Source: Basidioascus undulatus
Taxonomy: Eukaryota
Reading direction: 5' to 3'
Assembly (NCBI GenBank): GCA_000826855.1
Contig: JTLS01000055.1
Span: forward strand, 1 to 36,620
Length of the DNA stretch: 36,620 nt
Below the pieces are notes generated by a model, which did not search any database, was not told the DNA's origin, and saw nothing but the letters and a program-made list of their open reading frames with translations. Both the position numbers and the translations under genes were made by a program. Positions within the stretch are counted from its first letter, which is position 1. Each line of letters begins with the position of its first letter. Shown piece by piece: positions 29,564-36,620 of this stretch.

Positions 29564-32500
29564 TCAAAATCGTCCGCCGCGCCGCGCCCCCAAGGTGGAG
29601 GAGCGCTTCAGCCCGGCAGAGCCAGGCCCGCTCGACACTGCGCCGCTGTTCCACTGGCTGATCCTCGCCGCCACGCCGGGGAACGGCTTCTCCGGGCTCT
29701 CGGACGCCGACGACGCCGGCGGCGGCGTTGGCGACCTACGCTGCGCCGCGAGCGGCGTCGTCGAGATGGGCGGTGGCATCGCAGCCGAGTTGGCGATCGC
29801 CGAGCTGGATTTGGGAGAACGGATCTGCGTGTCGTCCGCTGCGAAGCGGTCCTGCGGCTTGCGCGGCTGGTCGACGTCGGGAAAGCGGTCTGCGAACCCG
29901 GCGCCAGCGGCGGAGAGCTTGTGCGGGGGCGGAGGCATACTCGTGCGGGACGGGGGGGATGCGGCCAATGGGCGCGACGAATGCTGCGAATCGAGCGAGG
30001 AACGACTCGGGCTGCCCGGCGCGCCCGTCCTCAGTCCGACGGGCTTCGCCGCAACAGGCGGCCGCCGAGTCACCGCAGCTGCGGCTTGGGCGTCGTGCGT
30101 CAGGCTCTCGTACTTCGAAACCACGTCGGTGATCGACGACTTGCGCGCGCGGTGACCTTTCACGAATGGCGGCGCTTCCACCGGAGACGCCGACGTCGCT
30201 GATGCAGGCGGAGGGCTGAACGTGGAGTGCCGCGTGGGCCGAGGCGAGACGATATCCGAGTCCGTGAGCTTCGGAGTTACGAGCGACTTGGACTGCATGG
30301 ACGGCGAAGGGGTCGTGACGTGGTCCAGAATCGCGGAGCGGCGAGAACTGGGACGCTCCGGGAGGGCGGGTGACGACGTCGCGGTGTCGTTCAGGTCCTG
30401 GAGGAACGAAGCGCGCTCGACGAGGTTCGGAGACGGCTTCTGAGGAGAGCGCGGTGTCGGCGGGACGTCCGCGAAGGTCGAGGTCTGAGGCGAGGGTACG
30501 TCAATGAGCTTGTCGGATGTGTACGTGGTTTCGCGAGGTCCAGCCGAAGGCGGCGGCGAGTCGTAGTGGATGAGCTTCTCGACGTGGGAGGGAGGCCGTG
30601 GAGACTGCGCGGCCTCGCCAGCAGCGCTCGACTGCGGCCGCGACGCAGGCCTCGAGACTGATCGCGCGTACGTCCCTGCGCCCGCCTCCTCCGGGCCCTC
30701 CTCGTCTCCGCTCGAGTCTGACTGCTCCCGCTCCTGAGCCGGCGGCGGATCCGTCCGTCCGAGCCCACTGCCGGGCCTGCTCGATGGCAGCCCGCCGGTG
30801 AGCTGGCGACCGTTCGTGCCCGAGGCTTGCGGCCGGCGGTACGGCGACTGATAAGCGGGCGAGACAGAGCTGACGTCCAGAAGCGCGGCGGTAAGGGCGG
30901 CACTTGTCGGCGAGCTGGGGGACAGCGCAGCAGGGGTGAACGACGGCGAAGCGGAAGGCATCGTCAGCCGCTTGCGGCGAACGTCGTCGGCGGCGGCGCT
31001 GTTCGTGCCGCCAAACTTGTCCGCGCGGGCGGATACCGACGGCGGCGCACGAGAGTCCATCTCCATAGTCGGGCTGTCGCCGGTGAGCAGGTCGCGGGGC
31101 GGCTGCGCCGGGCTCGCTCTGCTCTGCGGAGGGACGTCGTCGTCGCCCGTGAGGAGGTCCCGCGGAGGCTGAGGAGTGACGGGCTTGCTGCCTCCCGTGC
31201 GGTTGAGTCCGAGCCGCTGCGCGGCGAGTTCGACCGGAAGTTCGGACGGCGAGGACGGGAACTGCATCGTGCGGCGGTAAGACGCTTTGTCGGCGGTCGA
31301 CGCAGATGAAGGCGAGCGAGTGGAGGAGGGCTCGCGGTCGCCCGTGAGGTGGAAGCGCCCGCCCGCGACTGGCGGCGAAGGGTTGGGGGCAGTCTTCGGC
31401 GAGGAAGCGCGGGGGCGGTCGACCTTCATCATGTAGCCCGTAACGTGCGCAGAGCGCGCGCCGTCTCCGACGTCTTTGCTCGGCGCCGTCACCCCAGCGG
31501 CTCCGACGTTGCTACCGGTAAAGTTGTGACGCGGGGGAGGGCGCGCGGAGGAGGAATGCGGACGAGACGGGAGAGGAGTCGGCGGTTTCGAGCTTTGTGT
31601 GGTCGGGACCTCGGGGAAGGAGGAGGCAAACTCGTCCAAGGATGGGAACCGCGACGCGACTTCGTCCTCCTCGGCGGATCGAGGAGATGCGGCGGCGGAG
31701 CGTGCGAGGGGCGAGGAGACGGGTTTAGGCGAAGGCGACAGCACTGGACGAGATGAAGAGCTGGGCGAGGCAAACGAGTCGCCGAACGCTTCCGCAGCTC
31801 GGGAAAGCCTCCCCGCCGCCGTGACAGACACGCCGAAGGCGTCGTCGAACGCACCGACCTTCTTCGAGGGCGAGCTCCCGAACGAGTCACCGAACCCGTC
31901 GAACCCGCCCTTCGCAACCGCGGCAGGAGACTTTGTGCCTCTCTCGCCGACACCCCACGCATCTTGCGCGGGCGCAGCATGGCGGCTGGCCGTCGCCGGC
32001 GCGACCGGGACAGGGGCCGGAGCTGGCGCGGGCGCTGGCGCCCTGACGGGCCGTCCGCGCCGTTGCGGCGTGATGTTCGCTGCTGTATCGAAAGGCGGAG
32101 ACGAGTACATGGCCGCGGCGCCGTTGGCGGCTTTATAGGAGATGAGAGGGTCGTCTTTGAGTGCGGGAGGCGGCGGCTGAGCCGCAGGCGGGGAGACGGA
32201 GGGCAGGCTGGGCGGAGCGGCCGGAACGTGCTGTAGACAAGGAAGGGAAGGGTCAGAACGAACGCCTAGGTGCATAATAGGAACCAAATGCGCACCATTC
32301 GGAAAGTCGTCTTCGTCCCCCTCAGCCGGTGGACCTGCTCGAGAACGACGAAGACGCTCGGCCGCTGCGTGCTCTGCTCCTTCAGCATCGAAGCTGACCA
32401 GGTCAACGTTGTCAGCAGCAGGCCCAAGTGCTCCTGCTTGAGATATACGGACAGATGAGGGTGTTCATTTTATGAGAGTAGATCGGGAAGGGCGGAATCT

Positions 32501-33804
32501 TGTACTGGACATTAAGGATCGCGAGCGGGCCGTGCTCCTCGAAGGGCGTCGTGTAGTAGCACAGCTTGTACAGCAAGACGCCAAGCGCCCAGACGTCTGC
32601 CACCTTGGTTAGCCAACCGACTCGACAAGCGCCAGGATCGGAGGTGCGCCTACCGGCTTTCTCGTCAATCACTCGCCGCTGGTAGGGGTCCACCATCTCG
32701 GGTGCCCTGGAGCGCTCCACCCGACTGAGCTTGAACACTCTCAGAAGAGCTTGCTCTAACGTACCGGTACTGCAGCGTGGTGTGCTTGTTCAAGTCCGCC
32801 TCGACTGCCTTGATCTCCGCCATCGTTGCCGGAGGCCGCGGGTTCGCCCGCGTTGCCGAGCCGAAGTCACAGACCTTGAAGAGGTCTGGACCAGCTTGCA
32901 AGATGTTCTCGACCTGTGAGACCGACTTTAAGCGAAACCTAAACTCGGCAGTCAGTGCACGGAACCGACCTTGAGGTCCCGATGCACGAGCGGTGGGGAG
33001 AGAGCGTGCATACGGGCCACTGCCTGCAACAAAGCTATCTCAGTCACCTGGAGCTCAGAAGCGTATTCCAAATTGATAAGCGCACCTCGCAGACACAGAC
33101 GAAAATGGTGAGGATCTCGCCTTCCGTCAGACGGTCGCGGAGGCGACGGTTCATCATGTCGATAATGCCTCCTCCTGCAGTCATCCCCACATGTCAGCAA
33201 CTAGATGCCTGTGCCCGTTCTGTGCCCATCACGCAACCTCAGGTAGAGTAATGAATACGCACCAGAGCAGAGCTCCATGAGGATGAACACCTCGTGTCCG
33301 CCGTTCGACAGCTTATACGCGGACGCGTCGATGAAGTTGACGATGTGCGTGTGTCCCCTCAGCAGTTTCTGTGCCCCACCCTTCCCTCGTTAGGACTCCC
33401 CCTGCTCACCGAGACAGCAGTGCGAGGACAAACCATGACATCGACCTCCCTGCCCACCTCCTTCAGCGTCTCCGCATCTCCCACCGCAATGCGCTTCAGG
33501 ACATGCTGCGTCTGTCCGTTTACCGGCATGCTCGATCGGCAGATGTAGACATGCGCGTAGCCACCTAAGATCCCGAAGCTCCCGAGGTCAGATGAGGCGG
33601 TTGCACCACAGCAGAGCGGACGCGCAACCTGCCTTCGCTGAGATACCGCTCGACGATCACGCTGTACGCGCCGACGCGGACCTTTGCGCCCGGAGCGAGA
33701 GTCCCCTTGTGCGGGACTTGATGAGGCATCATGCCCGGCGCGGACGCTCCTGGTACGGCGGCGACCATCCCATGCCGGACGGCAGCGGCGGGGTGCTGCA
33801 GCAT
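29564..33804 (-). CDS. Ark1/Prk1/Akl1 (NAK family) Ser/Thr kinase with long low-complexity C-terminus
   Basis: [117 protein letters not shown] across spliced exons. The final exon is about 2.7 kb and Ser/Pro-rich. The start codon is inferred. Confidence 0.93.
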
Positions 33805-34699
33805 TGGGCGAAGGGGGGAAAGGGCGGTCCGCGTCGGGTGGATTTCGGGAGGTATACCAGTGACCGTGCTATGTGGGTTTTTGGGGGTAACTTGGGGGCC
33901 CGTAGTGGCAGATCTCGGTGTCGAAGCGGTTGTATTGATGCGCGGTGCAAGGGGTTTGTGCTGTGCGAAGCCAAGCTGCTGCTGCAGCCAGCTACCAGCG
34001 CTCGCGGGGGCGCACGCGCGAGCTCCGAGTTGGCTGTCAAACAGTGTCCCTCGGCAGTCCCTCAGCTTGACGAGCTCTCTGCCAGGCAAATTGTTGGATT
34101 CAAAGCTACTCGTACCAGCCATAGTTTAAGGCAATTCTATTCCTTTGGGGAATATACAGCTGAAAGGGGGTCGCTGAGCGTTGTTGCCTGGTGGATGCTT
34201 GGCTTGCGGGACAGCTGTCAGATCGCAGACGCTCCTGCTGCCAACGTCGTCGAAGGGTGCAGTCAAGTTGACCATGCCGAGTGAGCAATGGAGACAAGCA
34301 GATTAATCAGTTGGCGCGACTGTATGCATGCCCACTCCTTGGGTGTGGAATCTCAGGGTCCACGCGGTGGTTACCGGGAAAAAACGAAACCGTTGAATGC
34401 GTCACTGGGTACTAAGGCTGTCGAACGCAATGATGGAGAAGACACGCATCCTGCGCAGGTAAGGCAATAATAGCACATTGCACGATTGTACTGATGTACC
34501 AGCAGTCCTGTTGGGAATATCAAACAGCTCACCCACAGCAGCCAAAGAAGTAGAGGTGGAGTGCCTCAGTCTTTCTTCACCACCTCGAGAACGTCCCACA
34601 CCTTCACAGCATCGGCATGCTTCGAGAAAACTGGTCGCCAGATCAGGTTCACAAGTTCTAAGTGAGCTCAAGTCTCCACTTGGAACAGAAAGCCTTGAC

Positions 34700-35393
34700 A
34701 TGCAACGCCCTCGCCCAAAGAGAAACTCGTGAACGACCTCCTCATCGTCCCAGCTGCCCTCCTTCGGCAGAACGACGTGGAAGTTCGAGGTCGGCCGCTT
34801 GCCTCATCGTGCTGAGGACAGTCCCCGACGTTGTGAGCCCGCAAATGACTAGGCACTGGATGTCCGCCGCACTCAAGTAGGCCTGCAGGTCCGAGTCCTC
34901 AAGCGCCGAAATCCCGCTCCTGGGCAGGAAGACCTCGCGAGGACTGACCCAACCGTCAGAGGGCTTGAGCTGCGCCGGCACGTCGTAGTCGGTCCGAGAA
35001 TTCGGGCGAGGTGTAGGAAGGAGGGAATGAGATCGGGAGAAGCCCAGCGGCTTGGAGGGAGGCGATGAAGTGCGTCGTCTTCGAGTAGGGCGAGAGCGAG
35101 GCATTGGCGTTCAGGCCGAGGGAAACAGCCGAGTGAACGACGAGAGGACGGGAAGAGTGCGAGCGGAAGGAAGAGAGGACGGACGAGATGGTGGAGAGGT
35201 AGGTGCCCTTCGCAGATGCTGGGACGCGTTTCAGGAGAGCGTCTGTAGACAAGAGGGTAGTCTGGTTAGCCCGCCGAGGTTATGGGGCGATATGTGGTGG
35301 AAGATTGTTGGTACTTTGTACGTCGGAGAGCAGCAAAGCGGTGCGCTCAACCTCGACTGGAGGGAAGAAGGGTGATTTGGCTGGCGTGGACAT
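34700..35393 (-). pseudogene. Isochorismatase (cysteine hydrolase)-family pseudogene
   Basis: RTALLLSDVQ, LVICGLTTSGTVLSTMRQAADL(D)FHVVLPKEGSWD motifs. Frameshifts near 34991 and 34785. One intron. 3' end approximate. Confidence 0.7.
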
Positions 35394-36243
35394 GGTTTGC
35401 AGGGAGGACTCGAAGGAGATAATGAACAGTGGTGAAAGCTTGTAGACGGGGACTTGGGCAAGCTTTATTACTGAACCTTGTGTAAAACTCTGAGGGTAAC
35501 TAGGCTGTAGGAGGAACCCCTCGGAATATCCTGTGGCCGCGTCAGCGAGTGCGCAACTGTCAGCACAGCTGCGGACCAATGCGGACGGTTGTGGGCAGGT
35601 TCGTGCTTCGCGTGCTCTACGTTCTCCGGGCATGAACACTGGTGAGGGCATGTATTATAAAGCACAGCCACTCCTTCTCAGCATCAGAGTATTTCACGCG
35701 TGAAGGCACACGTTGCCCCCTTATACATTGGCAGTCGGAGCAGTCAGAGCACGTCCCCTGGATCCTGTACGCTGCACTTTGATAGCCCGAAGTGCGCAGC
35801 TCGAGAGCAGGTGGAAGGTCAGAGCTTTGTTACACGAGCTATTTCAGGGAGGTATATTCATTAGAAAAAGCGATGCATGCATCCTCCCGAGGCGCAGTGT
35901 CCGCATGGTTACCGTTGTAGGAGAGCGTCTCCCGCCGGCAGTCCCGGTGGATCCTTCGATGGTTTCTAGATTATCTGTGCATTTGCACCAAAGCATTGGT
36001 ACAAAGATTGAAAGGTAAATACCCGGGCAAGTGTTGAGGACGAAGCCGACACTCGCTGGAGAGTGCGATGCGGATGAACTAAGACCGCGCCTTTCACCGT
36101 TGAAAATTTTCACTACGCCCTCGGACACCACCATCGATCAATATCTTGAAATCGATTGGAGGCTTTTGTAAACAACAACAGCAGCCAGGATCCATAGTTG
36201 CGCTAAGAGGTCATGGGTGGACGGTATCCATGTCCTTGAAAGC

Positions 36244-36620
36244 ATGGCGACCATGTCTCTTGCCCTCGGCCACTTCGAACTGGTGATCAACAACCCTTAC
36301 CTTCTGGTGCCGTTGACGCTCCAGTTACCGGTTCTTGGCAATCTTACGTACCTTCACCTCACCCGCTTTCACGACGAGGACTACATAGTGGCTGCTTGCA
36401 CGAGATTGTCGACGTTCATTTGCGCGGAGGGGTTGAATCGACAGAAGGCGGCGCACCTCATTCGGCAGCTGCCGCAGAGCATTGTGTCACTCGAGCTCGC
36501 CTTGGCAGAGGACGCACGGCCGGCAATATTCTTTGAGCTCGCCGGACGTGAACACTCTCATTGGCGGGACGCCCTGCCGGAGATCCGAACGAAAGTCATG
36601 CTGTCTTTTGGCAAGGCAGT
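36244..36620 (+). CDS. Partial hypothetical, possibly LRR-like; runs off window end
   Basis: Stop-free frame from ATG 36244 with LGNLTYLHL and LPQSIVSLEL. True start and intactness unknown. Confidence 0.3.
   Translation, partial: MATMSLALGHFELVINNPYLLVPLTLQLPVLGNLTYLHLTRFHDEDYIVAACTRLSTFICAEGLNRQKAAHLIRQLPQSIVSLELALAEDARPAIFFELAGREHSHWRDALPEIRTKVMLSFGKA

Overview
Intron-rich, GC-rich fungal DNA, most likely a basidiomycete. The short introns with GTGCGT/GTACGT donors and the H3 type suggest Pucciniomycotina, but this is inference. Manual splicing gives intact genes for PRP22 DEAH helicase (9 exons, 1205 aa), methionine aminopeptidase 2, histone H3 (6 exons, 136 aa), a secreted AA9-type LPMO (18 exons, 286 aa), an Ark1/Prk1 (NAK) kinase, a small Mug135-like protein and a coiled-coil protein. 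Between them lie at least eight broken accessory genes: five F-box-like, one BTB/POZ, an FAD monooxygenase and an isochorismatase. One F-box-like copy is split by a ~0.9 kb AT-rich element with terminal inverted repeats. I see no proof of a wholly new system. The most notable items are the micro-exon LPMO, the decayed F-box/BTB array, the TIR element and a non-canonical GC donor in H3. All family calls come from motif recognition by eye, with no database searches.
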